Assembly: GCA_051881395.1 (NCBI GenBank)
Contig: JBJEPU010000074.1
Span: 1-55,863 of the forward strand
Direction: 5' to 3'
Source of the DNA: Candidatus Fimenecus sp.
Lineage (GTDB): Bacteria; Bacillota; Clostridia; Oscillospirales; Acutalibacteraceae
DNA length: 55,863 nucleotides
In this document: piece after piece, positions 36,888 to 46,323 of the stretch
Numbering within the stretch: the first letter of the stretch is position 1
Layout of the letters: each line of letters begins with the position of its first letter
Program-made: the position numbers and the translations under genes
The notes under the pieces: model-generated
Told to the model about the DNA's origin: nothing
What the model saw: the letters and a program-made list of their open reading frames with translations, nothing else
Databases searched by the model: none

Positions 36888-36926
36888 TTTGATTTTGACT
36901 GTGCGTTTTTTCTGTGAAATCAATAA

Positions 36927-36953
36927 TTTTCTCGTATTTTCTCCCGTTTTCTC
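36927..36953. repeat. Three helically phased TTTTCTC tracts upstream of the ctsR promoter
   Basis: ttttctc occurs at 36927-36933, 36937-36943 and 36947-36953, an exact 10-bp periodicity. Confidence 0.7.
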
Positions 36954-36986
36954 TTGTTTTTATAATTTTTTATTTTTGATGCAGAC

Positions 36987-37015
36987 AAATAAAAAGGGCG
37001 ACCAAACGGTCGCCC
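36987..37015 (-). terminator. Rho-independent terminator of the GPH transporter gene
   Basis: gggcgacc (36996-37003) pairs with ggtcgccc (37008-37015). On the minus strand it is followed by TTTTTATTT. Confidence 0.8.
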
Positions 37016-37049
37016 CGATTTCTGTTAGATTTTTTCTGTACTGCAAATT

Positions 37050-38573
37050 TTACGCTTCGGGGGTGACGGCAATGCCCTCTGCCTCGCGTTTCTCGGCAAG
37101 CGCAGTCAGAATTCGTTGCTTTTCCTTCCCTGAAATTTTGTAGAAAAACATCGGAATGGCGCACAACAACAGGCTGACGCCCGGCACAACGGACACAAGC
37201 GAGAACATCGCAAACCGCTGATTCGCCGCAAGTTCTGTTGCCGCAACCACGGCAGTCGAGCTCAGCATTTTTTCGGGCTCTAACCCGATAAACATATACA
37301 TCAGCACAATCCCCGAGGTGGCAAGCGCGTTGCCGAGCTTGTTGACAAAGCCTTGGCACGCCGAGCCGAGCGCGTTGTCGCGGAAGCTCGTGGTCAGTTC
37401 CATATAATCCAAGCAGTCCCCAATCATCGCGTAGGAAATCACATTGAGCACGCCCAACGGAATGCAGGAAATGAGGATAAAGGGAATGCAGATATACAAG
37501 TTCATTGTAAACCAACCGATGAGCGTGGTAAAAATGCTGGCGACAAAGCCCAACAGGCAAGTTGTAATTACGATTTTTTTATAGTCAAACTTTTTCATCA
37601 GTACGGGCATAAACAGCATTGCACCGAACATACCGACAATCGCGCAGACCTGAAAAATCGTTTTGACCGTAGAGACGCTCGCGTCAATCGCTTCAATGCG
37701 CTGGGCTTCGGTCAGTCCCGTCAAATCCGGTCCGATATAGAACGCATACCGCGCAACATGCACCGCCGCCGCCTGCACCATATATCTGCCGCTCGAAAGC
37801 ACGCCCATCAAAATGACCAGCATTAAGGGCTTGCATTTGAAAATGCGGGAAAGCTGTGACGGCTCGCCGGGCTGTGGCTTGCGGACGGGCAGTACCACAC
37901 GCTCTTTGACATGGAAATATGTATTGATGTACAGCAAAATACCAATGACAACGGTGACAATCGCCATAATCAAATATTTCTTTTTGTTATATTCCAATCC
38001 GTCGGAAGTGCCGAGAATTTTGGGCAGCGTTAAACCGATAACCAAAAACAGCACTTCGGGCACGGCAGAGCCGACGCCGTTTAAGGTTCTGCCGAACGAA
38101 ATCACCGAGCCGCGCTCTTCGGCGTTCGGCGTCATCACATTGGGGAGACTCCAAAACGGCACATCCGCCATGGTGTAAATCATACCCCACAGCACATACA
38201 CAACCGCTGAATAAATCATCAGCTGTGTTTTCGGCAAGTCAGGGCTTAAATACATCAAAATCGTCAGCACCGCAATCGGAACGGCCGCGTACAGGATATA
38301 CGGCTTCATTTTGCCGTGTTTGGTGGTGCGGCGGTCTACAATCATTCCCATCAGCGGGTCGTTAATCGCATCCCAAATGCGCGCAAGCAACATCAAAAGC
38401 AGGACGAACATTGGTGCCAACTGCAACACATTCAAATAATAGTCGCTGATGTAGCTGGACATCATCGCATAAATCATACCCTGCCCCATCGCACCGACGG
38501 CAAACATTTGGAATTCTTTGCGCGGCACAACAAAGCCTTTATTTCCCTGCAATTTGGATTTTTCTTTTTTCAT
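37050..38573 (-). CDS. Glycoside-pentoside-hexuronide (GPH):cation symporter family MFS transporter
   Basis: 507 aa, 12-TM type. LLARIWDAINDPLMGMIVDRRTTKHGKMKPY is the GPH signature loop. Confidence 0.85.
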   Translation of the reverse strand: MKKEKSKLQGNKGFVVPRKEFQMFAVGAMGQGMIYAMMSSYISDYYLNVLQLAPMFVLLLMLLARIWDAINDPLMGMIVDRRTTKHGKMKPYILYAAVPIAVLTILMYLSPDLPKTQLMIYSAVVYVLWGMIYTMADVPFWSLPNVMTPNAEERGSVISFGRTLNGVGSAVPEVLFLVIGLTLPKILGTSDGLEYNKKKYLIMAIVTVVIGILLYINTYFHVKERVVLPVRKPQPGEPSQLSRIFKCKPLMLVILMGVLSSGRYMVQAAAVHVARYAFYIGPDLTGLTEAQRIEAIDASVSTVKTIFQVCAIVGMFGAMLFMPVLMKKFDYKKIVITTCLLGFVASIFTTLIGWFTMNLYICIPFILISCIPLGVLNVISYAMIGDCLDYMELTTSFRDNALGSACQGFVNKLGNALATSGIVLMYMFIGLEPEKMLSSTAVVAATELAANQRFAMFSLVSVVPGVSLLLCAIPMFFYKISGKEKQRILTALAEKREAEGIAVTPEA

Positions 38574-38663
38574 ACGAAATACGCCACCTCACCTCTCACA
38601 AAGTACACAAAAAAGAATACCACAAAAAGGAAATTTAGTAAAGTATGAATAAGTAAAATCCGT

Positions 38664-38700
38664 GTAAAAAAAGCGCAATCGTCAAAAACCGATTGCGCTT
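38664..38700 (-). terminator. Rho-independent terminator of the ABC operon
   Basis: aagcgcaatcg (38671-38681) pairs with cgattgcgctt (38690-38700). There is a T-run on the minus strand. Confidence 0.8.
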
Positions 38701-38722
38701 GCTTTCGTATAATATGGGAAGA

Positions 38723-41269
38723 TTACCAATAGAAACTCTCTGCCGGTTTATTTTTCTCAATTTCCGTTTTGACGGCATCGGGCATTTTCTCCGCGTGGAC
38801 ATAGGCTTTCGCGTAAGTGCCGTCCGTGTATTCGAGTACCACAATATAATCGTTCGGGGATAACTCTGCACGGGTGACAATATTCTTGTAAATCGACTGC
38901 ATCGTCGAATTGTCGGTCGTTTTGTAAACGGTCGGTTTGTCCGCGGCAGAAATGCCTTCATAGTTGCCTGTGAACTCCGCATAATTGTCCGAGGTACTGC
39001 TTTCGCCGATAAACTCACAGGTAAAGGTGTCCCCGTTTGCCACCCAACTGTCATAACAGGAATAGAAAAAACGCTCTGCGACCTTTGTACCGTAAATGGC
39101 TTTCAGCGTTTTGTCACCGGTCAGCGCATCGTAATAGCCAACGGATTTTAAAAACGTTACGGTGTTGACCATATCGGCGGTGATATAGAAGTTCGGCAAG
39201 CCGTCTGTCGCTGTTTTTCCGGTAAATACATCGTCCTCGGCAAATTCGCTGTCCTCGCCGATAACTTGGTCAATCGCGGTTTCCGCATCGTATACGGCGG
39301 TGACATCCTCGTAAATGACCGTATCTGTCAGCGACACATCCGCATTCTCATCTGCAATCAAATGAAAAGTGATGAGTCCCAAGCTTTCCTGCGGATTGTA
39401 GTGATTTTCGGGTGTTTGCGCCGACAAATCTTTGTACAGGCAGTCAAGCAAGGTCTGCCGCTGTTCGGTGGTTAATTCCAATTTTGTTTCCGTGGTTAAA
39501 GTCTTATTGTAAAGGCGAATGTCCTCGCTTTCGCGCACGGCGCGGATGTTGCGATACTCGTTGTACGCGAGAATATCGCCGTTGGAAAGCGTACCGTTCA
39601 TCCCGTCAGCTTTCGGACGCTCTACCTTTTTGAGTTCGTCTTTGAAAATACGGTTGAGCACACTTTGCTGATAGGCGGTTTTGTCCGCCTGCTGTAAGGC
39701 GTGCAAAATATCCTCGGACACGCCGTAGTAATTGCGCAAAATCTGTTTGCCGTTTTTGAGGGTATACGCGATTTTCACGGACACGGGGTACACGCCGTTA
39801 AAGTTCTCGTCCAAAACGGTCGGGTCGGTTTTGCCCGCCTCCACCAGCATTTTGTGCACACCGCGGACAAATTCAATGTCCTGACTTTCGGTATAGTTGC
39901 CCTTCGGTGCGGTGTCTGCTGTTTGCATACCCGCAATATAGTAGCCGTAGTAGTCACCCGACGGTTGCAGTTGATAATTTTGATACGGCAAAGAAATTTG
40001 CGCCGAGGCAATGTCCGCCGTTTCGGGGATTTTGTTTGCCGCGCCGAAATAGCCCGTGGCAAAGAACACGAAAATCAGCGCGGTCAACGCCAACTGAATG
40101 GGCAAAGCAGGCAAATCCTTGACGAATTGCCGCATATTGCGAAGCAGAACCAAACTCAACACGGCGTAAATCACGATGAATACAACCACGCCGACCGCAA
40201 TCGCAAGCACCGTACCTTTGTTTCGCAACAAATCAAACGCCATCGCAAAGCCGAAAATGCCGACGAGGAAAATCCCGATAAAATTGAGCACCTTGTTTTT
40301 GCCGATAAAGCCGCCGATTTCCGCCTTTCTGCGCTCATAGAAGAACACGCCGAAGGCGAACAGCGCCGCCGTCACAAGCAGCCAGATAATCGGCACCAAA
40401 AAGTCGGGCGTTTTCCACGCAATCATATTGCCGCCGTTATTGTAATCTGCCAATTTGCCGACCACGCCGCCTTGCGAATAGATATATAAGCCTTGCGACA
40501 TATAGCGAAGCGGATTAAACTGCGGATACTGTTTCGGAAGCGTTTGCATACTGTCCTCCGCATAATATCCCATTGTATACATGGAAGAAAAATTACTGCC
40601 CAGCGGCGTGCCAAGCACCAACTTACGAATGAACACCTGTAAGCAGGTGAGCAGAATTTCAGGGAACAGCAGTAAAATGCCCGAAAACAGAATGCCCTCA
40701 AATGCCGTACCGACGGTGGTGAACACCACAGCGGTCAGCGTATAGGAAAACGCCACCACGGAGAACATACCGATGAGCAAATAGAAAAATGCGGTGAACA
40801 AATAGCGGTTTGCGCCGAGCACGACCAAGTTCACAAGGAGTGCGACGAGCATCGGCACGGCAACCGACAAGCCAACGAGCGTGAGCCCCGACAAATATTT
40901 TGCCGTAAACAGCCTTGTGCGCTTAATGCCGAGGCTGTAATAGACATTGACGGTCTTTTTGCCCGTGATAAAACGGAAGGTCGCAATACCCATTAAAAGC
41001 CCGATGCCCAAAAGCGCCGCAATGACCATATAACGCATATAGCCCATACTGTCGGAAAACAAAAATGTATACTGCTCTTTAAAATTGATGTTCGTGATTT
41101 GACCGGTTTCGCGGTTGACGCTTGTTTTCTCACGGAAGACAAGTATCGGCGTTAAGCAAAAGGAAAAGAACATCACAACTGCGTTCAGCGCCGCAAACAG
41201 CGCATTATCCCGAATCCCCGTGCGGTACGCATAACCAAAGTTATTTTGCAAAGATTTGGGTGAAGTCAT
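38723..41269 (-). CDS. ABC transporter permease with ~400-aa C-terminal extracytoplasmic domain
   Basis: 848 aa. Residues 1 to ~440 are polytopic (ABC-2-like). The rest is hydrophilic and rich in Y/T/D/N. There is a 29-nt overlap with the ATPase gene. Confidence 0.7.
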   Translation of the reverse strand: MTSPKSLQNNFGYAYRTGIRDNALFAALNAVVMFFSFCLTPILVFREKTSVNRETGQITNINFKEQYTFLFSDSMGYMRYMVIAALLGIGLLMGIATFRFITGKKTVNVYYSLGIKRTRLFTAKYLSGLTLVGLSVAVPMLVALLVNLVVLGANRYLFTAFFYLLIGMFSVVAFSYTLTAVVFTTVGTAFEGILFSGILLLFPEILLTCLQVFIRKLVLGTPLGSNFSSMYTMGYYAEDSMQTLPKQYPQFNPLRYMSQGLYIYSQGGVVGKLADYNNGGNMIAWKTPDFLVPIIWLLVTAALFAFGVFFYERRKAEIGGFIGKNKVLNFIGIFLVGIFGFAMAFDLLRNKGTVLAIAVGVVVFIVIYAVLSLVLLRNMRQFVKDLPALPIQLALTALIFVFFATGYFGAANKIPETADIASAQISLPYQNYQLQPSGDYYGYYIAGMQTADTAPKGNYTESQDIEFVRGVHKMLVEAGKTDPTVLDENFNGVYPVSVKIAYTLKNGKQILRNYYGVSEDILHALQQADKTAYQQSVLNRIFKDELKKVERPKADGMNGTLSNGDILAYNEYRNIRAVRESEDIRLYNKTLTTETKLELTTEQRQTLLDCLYKDLSAQTPENHYNPQESLGLITFHLIADENADVSLTDTVIYEDVTAVYDAETAIDQVIGEDSEFAEDDVFTGKTATDGLPNFYITADMVNTVTFLKSVGYYDALTGDKTLKAIYGTKVAERFFYSCYDSWVANGDTFTCEFIGESSTSDNYAEFTGNYEGISAADKPTVYKTTDNSTMQSIYKNIVTRAELSPNDYIVVLEYTDGTYAKAYVHAEKMPDAVKTEIEKNKPAESFYW

Positions 41270-42149
41270 AATCCGTCCCCTCCATTTCGTCCAAAAATAC
41301 TTCTTCTAACGACAGCGGCAGGCTTTCGACCATGGCGGGCGAAAGCGCGTTTAATTTTTCTGTCGCCTCTTTTTCGTCGCCCTTGACGGTGATAAGCACC
41401 ATTTTGCCGTCTTTCTTATAGGATTTCACATCAATGCCGAGGGCTTTGATTTGGTCCTCTGTCACATCGTCTTGGAACACCAAGCGGAATTTTGCGCGGT
41501 TTTCGCTCAATTCCGAAATGGACGAGTCGAGCACCAACTTTTTGCCGTTAATTAAGCCGAAGTGATCGCAAAGCCCCTCTAATTCGTGCAGGTCATGCGA
41601 CGAAACAATAATCGATGCGTTTGTCTCCTGCATATATTCGTTAATCATATTTTTAATCAATGCGCGTTTGGCGGGGTCTAAGCCGTCGAAGGTTTCGTCA
41701 AACAGCATAAACGACGGCTGTGTGGCAAAGCCCAACACAATTTCCGCCTGCCGCTGCATCCCTTTGGAAAAGCCGTTCAAGCGTGCTTTTGTATCCAGCC
41801 CGAACACCTCTGCCAGCTTATGAAAGGTGTCAAAACTGAACCCCGGATAATAGCCGTTGTAAAACTTTGCCATTTTCTCCATATTGGCGTAGGGCTGAAA
41901 ATAGATGTCATCGGGCACATAGAACATATGCTGTTTCATCAGTTCATTGTCGAACGCGTCCTCGCCGTCTAAAAGCACCCTGCCCGCCTCGGCTTTATAC
42001 ACGCCCGTAATCGTTTTCAACAGCGTGGTTTTGCCTGCGCCGTTGTAGCCGATGAGCCCGTACAAAGAACCGTCGCCGACCGTAAAACTGATGTCGCTGA
42101 TTGCCGTAAACGAACCGAATTTTTTGGTTACGCCTTGTACTTCAATCAT
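41241..42149 (-). CDS. ABC transporter ATP-binding protein
   Basis: Start trimmed to MIEVQGV (AAAGGAGG RBS). Walker A is GYNGAGKTT, the signature-like motif is FSKGMQRQ and Walker B is MLFDETFDGLD. Confidence 0.9.
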   Translation of the reverse strand: MIEVQGVTKKFGSFTAISDISFTVGDGSLYGLIGYNGAGKTTLLKTITGVYKAEAGRVLLDGEDAFDNELMKQHMFYVPDDIYFQPYANMEKMAKFYNGYYPGFSFDTFHKLAEVFGLDTKARLNGFSKGMQRQAEIVLGFATQPSFMLFDETFDGLDPAKRALIKNMINEYMQETNASIIVSSHDLHELEGLCDHFGLINGKKLVLDSSISELSENRAKFRLVFQDDVTEDQIKALGIDVKSYKKDGKMVLITVKGDEKEATEKLNALSPAMVESLPLSLEEVFLDEMEGTDYDFTQIFAK

Positions 42150-42193
42150 AGTGTTACCTCCTTTAACCACAAACTGTGGTGTCCTACAAGTCC

Positions 42194-42223
42194 ACTATAC
42201 CCTATCGGGGAATGCTTTGTCAA
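42194..42223 (-). promoter_or_regulatory. Candidate sigma-A promoter of the ABC operon
   Basis: On the minus strand: TTGACA (42223-42218), 18-nt spacer, TATAGT (42199-42194). Confidence 0.45.
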
Positions 42224-42266
42224 TCAAAAACACCGCATTGTTACTAACTTGTAAGAATGCGGTGTT
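42224..42266 (-). terminator. Rho-independent terminator of mtaB
   Basis: aacaccgcatt (42229-42239) pairs with aatgcggtgtt (42256-42266). There is a T-run on the minus strand. Confidence 0.75.
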
Positions 42267-42282
42267 GCTTTTTGTAAAATTA

Positions 42283-43584
42283 TTAACTTTTTTGTAAGAA
42301 TTCTGCGCCGTAGACGGCCTCACCGTCGGATTTTTCGAGCGTCACGCGGCAAAGGGAACCGGGCGCGGCGGTCTCGCTTTTAAAATACACAGGTGTGTAA
42401 TTCGCCGTGTATCCGAAATGCAAGCCGTTTTCGGTTTTGTGCTCACACAGCACCTCGACGGTTTTGCCGATTTGGCTTTGCAAAAATGCACTGCGCATTT
42501 CTGCGGCAACTGCCAAAAGTGTGGCGGCGCGGCGTTCTTTTTCGGATTTTTCAATTTGCCCGTCAAAGGACGCGGCGCGCGTCCCCTCGCGCACGGAATA
42601 CGGGAACACATGGATTTTTTCAAACCCGATTTGCTTTGCGAATGCCACGGTTTCTTGAAAATCCTCCTCGGTTTCGCCTGCAAAGCCAACCATAATGTCG
42701 GTGGTTAAGGTGCAGTCGGGAAACGCGGCGCGCAGTTTCCCGGCGAGGGCGGCATATTGAGCCGCCGTGTAGTGGCGGTTCATACGCTGTAAGGTACGGT
42801 CACAGCCGCTTTGCAAGGAAATGTGGAACTGCCCGCAGAGTTTGGGCAATTTTGAAAGCGCTTCAATCACTTCGCCGGTAATGTGGTCGGGCTCTAAGGA
42901 GCCCAACCGCACGCGCAAAACGCCCGACGGCGCGCACGCCGCCGCCACAGCGTCGGTAAAGCGCTCGCCGCTGTCTTTGCCGTAGGCGGAAAGATTGATG
43001 CCGACCAGCACCAATTCGCGATAGCCCGCATCACTTAATGCCTGCGCCTCTTTTTCGATTTCGGCAATCGACTTGGAGCGCACACGCCCGCGCGCGGTAG
43101 GAATGATGCAATACGAGCAAAAACGGTCACAGCCGTCCTCAATTTTTAAAATAGCGCGGGTGCGCTCGTGAAAATCCGTAATCGGCGCCCCGAGAAACGG
43201 CTCGCCGCTTTTGTGCTGTTCCACGGCGACCTGTCGCGTTTGCGTTTGAAAATAGGCGCGCAGTTTTTGGGGCAAAGTCACATTGCTTTTATTGCCGATG
43301 ACAATGTCCGCCGCCGTCAGCGCCGACGCCGCATCGGGAAACGCCTGGGGCATACAGCCCGTCAGCACTACCGTGCTTTCGGGGAAATGGCGTTTGAGCC
43401 GCCGCACCAACTGTCGCGTTTTGCGGTCACTTTCAGCGGTCACGGTGCAGGAATTGACCACGAAAATTTCCGCTTCGCTGTCCTGCAAAGTGATTTCGTA
43501 GCCGTTTTTCAAAAGCAGCTCTGTGATTTCCTCGGTTTCATACTGATTGACCTTGCAACCGAGTGTATAGAATTTGACTTTCAT
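42283..43584 (-). CDS. mtaB: tRNA (t6A37) methylthiotransferase MtaB (radical SAM, MiaB-like)
   Basis: MKVKFYTLGCKVNQYETE UPF0004 N-domain, CDRFCSYCIIP radical-SAM cluster and a C-terminal TRAM-like region. Confidence 0.85.
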   Translation of the reverse strand: MKVKFYTLGCKVNQYETEEITELLLKNGYEITLQDSEAEIFVVNSCTVTAESDRKTRQLVRRLKRHFPESTVVLTGCMPQAFPDAASALTAADIVIGNKSNVTLPQKLRAYFQTQTRQVAVEQHKSGEPFLGAPITDFHERTRAILKIEDGCDRFCSYCIIPTARGRVRSKSIAEIEKEAQALSDAGYRELVLVGINLSAYGKDSGERFTDAVAAACAPSGVLRVRLGSLEPDHITGEVIEALSKLPKLCGQFHISLQSGCDRTLQRMNRHYTAAQYAALAGKLRAAFPDCTLTTDIMVGFAGETEEDFQETVAFAKQIGFEKIHVFPYSVREGTRAASFDGQIEKSEKERRAATLLAVAAEMRSAFLQSQIGKTVEVLCEHKTENGLHFGYTANYTPVYFKSETAAPGSLCRVTLEKSDGEAVYGAEFLQKS

Positions 43585-43648
43585 AAAAACCTCTTTCGCC
43601 GCTTGGATAAACGCGGACGCTTTCGACCATACTGTTAGCGGTGATACG

Positions 43649-44035
43649 ATGAAAAAATTTCGGGAATATTTTTGTGTGTATTCGTTCGGCGCACTGCTCT
43701 ACTGCCTTATCGAAGTGCTGTTTCGCGGGTTTACGCATTGGACAATGGGCGTGACGGGCGGCGCGGCGTTGTTGGGCATTTACCATATCAACGAAAAATG
43801 CAAAGCGCGCCCGCTTTGGCTTCGCTGTTCGTTCGGCTGTTTACTAATAACCTTTTTGGAGTTTTCGGTCGGTCTGCTCGTCAACCGTCTGTTCCATTGG
43901 AATGTTTGGGATTACAGCGAGCGGCGGTTGAATATATTGGGACAGATTTGCCCGCTGTTTTCCTTCTTTTGGTTTTTGCTGTGCTTCCCCGCGTGTTTTT
44001 TGTGCAAGGGACTCAAAAAGCATTTTTGCAAATAA
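43649..44035 (+). CDS. Small polytopic membrane protein (putative ABC-transporter type IV / CmpB-like family)
   Basis: Start trimmed to MKKFREYF. FCVYSFGALLYCLIEVLFRG ... WNVWDYSERRLNILGQICPLFSFFW resembles the PF06541-type pattern. Confidence 0.55.
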   Translation: MKKFREYFCVYSFGALLYCLIEVLFRGFTHWTMGVTGGAALLGIYHINEKCKARPLWLRCSFGCLLITFLEFSVGLLVNRLFHWNVWDYSERRLNILGQICPLFSFFWFLLCFPACFLCKGLKKHFCK

Positions 44036-44815
44036 TCACGCGGTAAATACGGACTGTAAAAAGGCGAAGGCATCGTCAATCCACCCTTCGGCGTCCGTGC
44101 CCTCCGCGAGACCGATGCCGTGCCCGCCGTGTTCGTACAAATGCAGTTCACACCGCACGCCTTTTTCGTCGAGCGCATTTTTGAGCATTACGCTGTTTTC
44201 ATACGGTACGGATTGGTCGTCTTTATTATGCCACACAAAAGTCGGCGGGTAGTTTTCGGTCACGCGCTTTTCCACCGAAGCGGCGTTCTGCTCGGTATGC
44301 CCCGACCAAAGTCCCAACAGACGGCGGCGCGAAACGGCATGCGTCAATTTGCCCATGGTCACAACGGGGTAGCAAAGCACCACCGCCGACGGCTTGATGC
44401 CGTAGACCGCACCGTTGTATTCCCCGTCAAAGCGCGCGTACTCCGCGGCGAAGAAGCCCGCCAAATGCCCGCCCGCGGACGAGCCCATCAACGCGATTTT
44501 GGTGCTGTCCAGCTTCCAATCGGCGGCGTGGCTTCGGATAAACTGCATCGCGCGCGCAACATCCTCCATCGGGGCGGGATAGCGTGCCGCCGCGCCCACG
44601 CGATACCACAGCACAAACGCATTGTACCCGTGCGCCTGAAAATATTCGGCAAAGGGCTTACCCTCGTTAAAATCGGACACCATAGAATACGCGCCGCCAG
44701 GTAAAATCAGCACGCTCGGCGCGTTATTGCCGACGGTATAACAATCTAAGCGCACCGCTTTTTTATTCGGCGTGACCTTAATTTCTTTTTTCTCATACAG
44801 CGGATAAGTTTGCAT
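44036..44815 (-). CDS. Alpha/beta hydrolase (esterase/lipase-like)
   Basis: GSSAGGHLA is the nucleophile elbow (GxSxG). An HGGHG-type C-terminal His is present. Confidence 0.8.
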   Translation of the reverse strand: MQTYPLYEKKEIKVTPNKKAVRLDCYTVGNNAPSVLILPGGAYSMVSDFNEGKPFAEYFQAHGYNAFVLWYRVGAAARYPAPMEDVARAMQFIRSHAADWKLDSTKIALMGSSAGGHLAGFFAAEYARFDGEYNGAVYGIKPSAVVLCYPVVTMGKLTHAVSRRRLLGLWSGHTEQNAASVEKRVTENYPPTFVWHNKDDQSVPYENSVMLKNALDEKGVRCELHLYEHGGHGIGLAEGTDAEGWIDDAFAFLQSVFTA

Positions 44816-44856
44816 ATCGTAAACTTCCTTTCGCCTGCAATTTCGGGTTTATCGTA

Positions 44857-46242
44857 TCATATTTCCGCAGGCACTGCAACTGCCTGCCGTTCGATTTTTC
44901 GCATCTTTCGGAATTCCTTGACAACCATCACACCCGAAAGCACCGCCGCCACGGTATCGGCAAGCGGGCCCGCATACATAGCGCCGTCTAATCCGAAGAA
45001 AATCGGCAACACAAGTAAAAGCGGCAACAGGAAAATCACCTGCCGCGTCAATGACAGCAAAATCCCCTTTTTCGCCTTGCCGATAGAGGTGAAGAAATTC
45101 GAGGAAATCGGCTGAATGGCATCTAAAAACAGCGCCATTAAAAACACGCGGATATACCGTTCGGCAAAGGCAAAATAGGTTTCGTCGCCCGTGCCGAACA
45201 GTCCGATAATCTGCCGCGGAAATACCTGAAACACAATGTAAAACGCCACGGCAATCCCCGTGCCGAACGCGAGCGCCAGCCGCAGGGTTTTGCGCACACG
45301 CGCATACTTCTGCGCCCCGTAATTATAGCCGACAATCGGCTGTAAGCCCTGCGAAATGCCGATGACGAACGAAAAGAAAATCATGGTAACCTTTGAAATA
45401 ATGCCCGAACACGCCAACGGGATTTCACTGCCGTACACCGACTGCGCGCCGTAATAGGTCATTGTATTGTTTAAGACGATTTGCACCACCATCATCGCCA
45501 ACTGATTAAAGCAATGCGAGGTGCCGAGCGAGGCAATTTTCAGGGCGTCTTGCAAATGCAAAACGAAATGCTTTTTCTGCAAGTGTACGCTTTGAAAACG
45601 GAACATATACGCCGCAACCATAACAGCAGACACCACTTGCCCGATGACGGTTGCCACGGCGGCACCCGCCATATCCATATGCAAACCGAAAATAAAAATC
45701 GGGTCTAAAACCGTATTGAGGATTGCGCCCGTGAGCGTACAGACCATAGAATACCGCGGGCTGCCATCGGCACGCACCAGCGCCGTGCCGCCCGTGGTAA
45801 AAATCAAAAACGGGAAGCCGTAGGCGGTAATCCCCGTATAGGTAAGCGCATAGGAGAGCACATCGTCCGTTGCGCCGAACGCACGCATCAGCGGGCGCAG
45901 AAAGATGAGCACAACCGCGCTGATAACCACACCCACAGCCGCCAAAAGCACCGAAGCATTGCCGACCGCCGTTGCCGCCTCGTCCTCTTTTTTTGCGCCG
46001 AGTTTTAAACTGAATGTTGCCGCGCCGCCCACGCCGAACAACAACGCCGACGCAACGCAAAGCGTAGACAGCGGAAACGCGACATTCGTCGCGGCGTTGC
46101 CGAGCATACCGACGCTTCGCCCGATAAAAAATTGGTCCACAATATTATAAAGCGCGCCGACGAGCATCGAAATCACACTCGGCACGGCATAACTGCGCAG
46201 GAGTTTGCCGATTTTTTCTTCCCCCAACGGATTTTTCGCCAT
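44857..46242 (-). CDS. MATE family efflux transporter
   Basis: Start trimmed to MAKNPLGEEKIGKLL (GGAGGA RBS). VPSVISMLVGALYNIVDQFFIG is the MATE N-terminal signature. It is a 12-TM type protein. Confidence 0.85.
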   Translation of the reverse strand: MAKNPLGEEKIGKLLRSYAVPSVISMLVGALYNIVDQFFIGRSVGMLGNAATNVAFPLSTLCVASALLFGVGGAATFSLKLGAKKEDEAATAVGNASVLLAAVGVVISAVVLIFLRPLMRAFGATDDVLSYALTYTGITAYGFPFLIFTTGGTALVRADGSPRYSMVCTLTGAILNTVLDPIFIFGLHMDMAGAAVATVIGQVVSAVMVAAYMFRFQSVHLQKKHFVLHLQDALKIASLGTSHCFNQLAMMVVQIVLNNTMTYYGAQSVYGSEIPLACSGIISKVTMIFFSFVIGISQGLQPIVGYNYGAQKYARVRKTLRLALAFGTGIAVAFYIVFQVFPRQIIGLFGTGDETYFAFAERYIRVFLMALFLDAIQPISSNFFTSIGKAKKGILLSLTRQVIFLLPLLLVLPIFFGLDGAMYAGPLADTVAAVLSGVMVVKEFRKMRKIERQAVAVPAEI

Positions 46243-46261
46243 ACTTTTGCTATCCTCCAAC

Positions 46262-46285
46262 AAAAAAACCGCCGAAAAGCGGTTT
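46262..46285 (-). terminator. Terminator-like hairpin in the MATE leader
   Basis: On the minus strand: AAACCGC-TTTTCG-GCGGTTT followed by TTTT, ending about 4 nt before the GGAGGA RBS. Confidence 0.55.
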
Positions 46286-46323
46286 GCAAATTCCCGAAAT
46301 TGAATTATAATGAAACTATATTG

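Noticed and set aside
36803-36900. Short tandem repeats that could be mistaken for a mini-CRISPR or satellite
   Set aside because: The 7-nt GTCAAA units, with their spacing and their position around a -35/-10 pair upstream of ctsR, match the CtsR operator consensus exactly.
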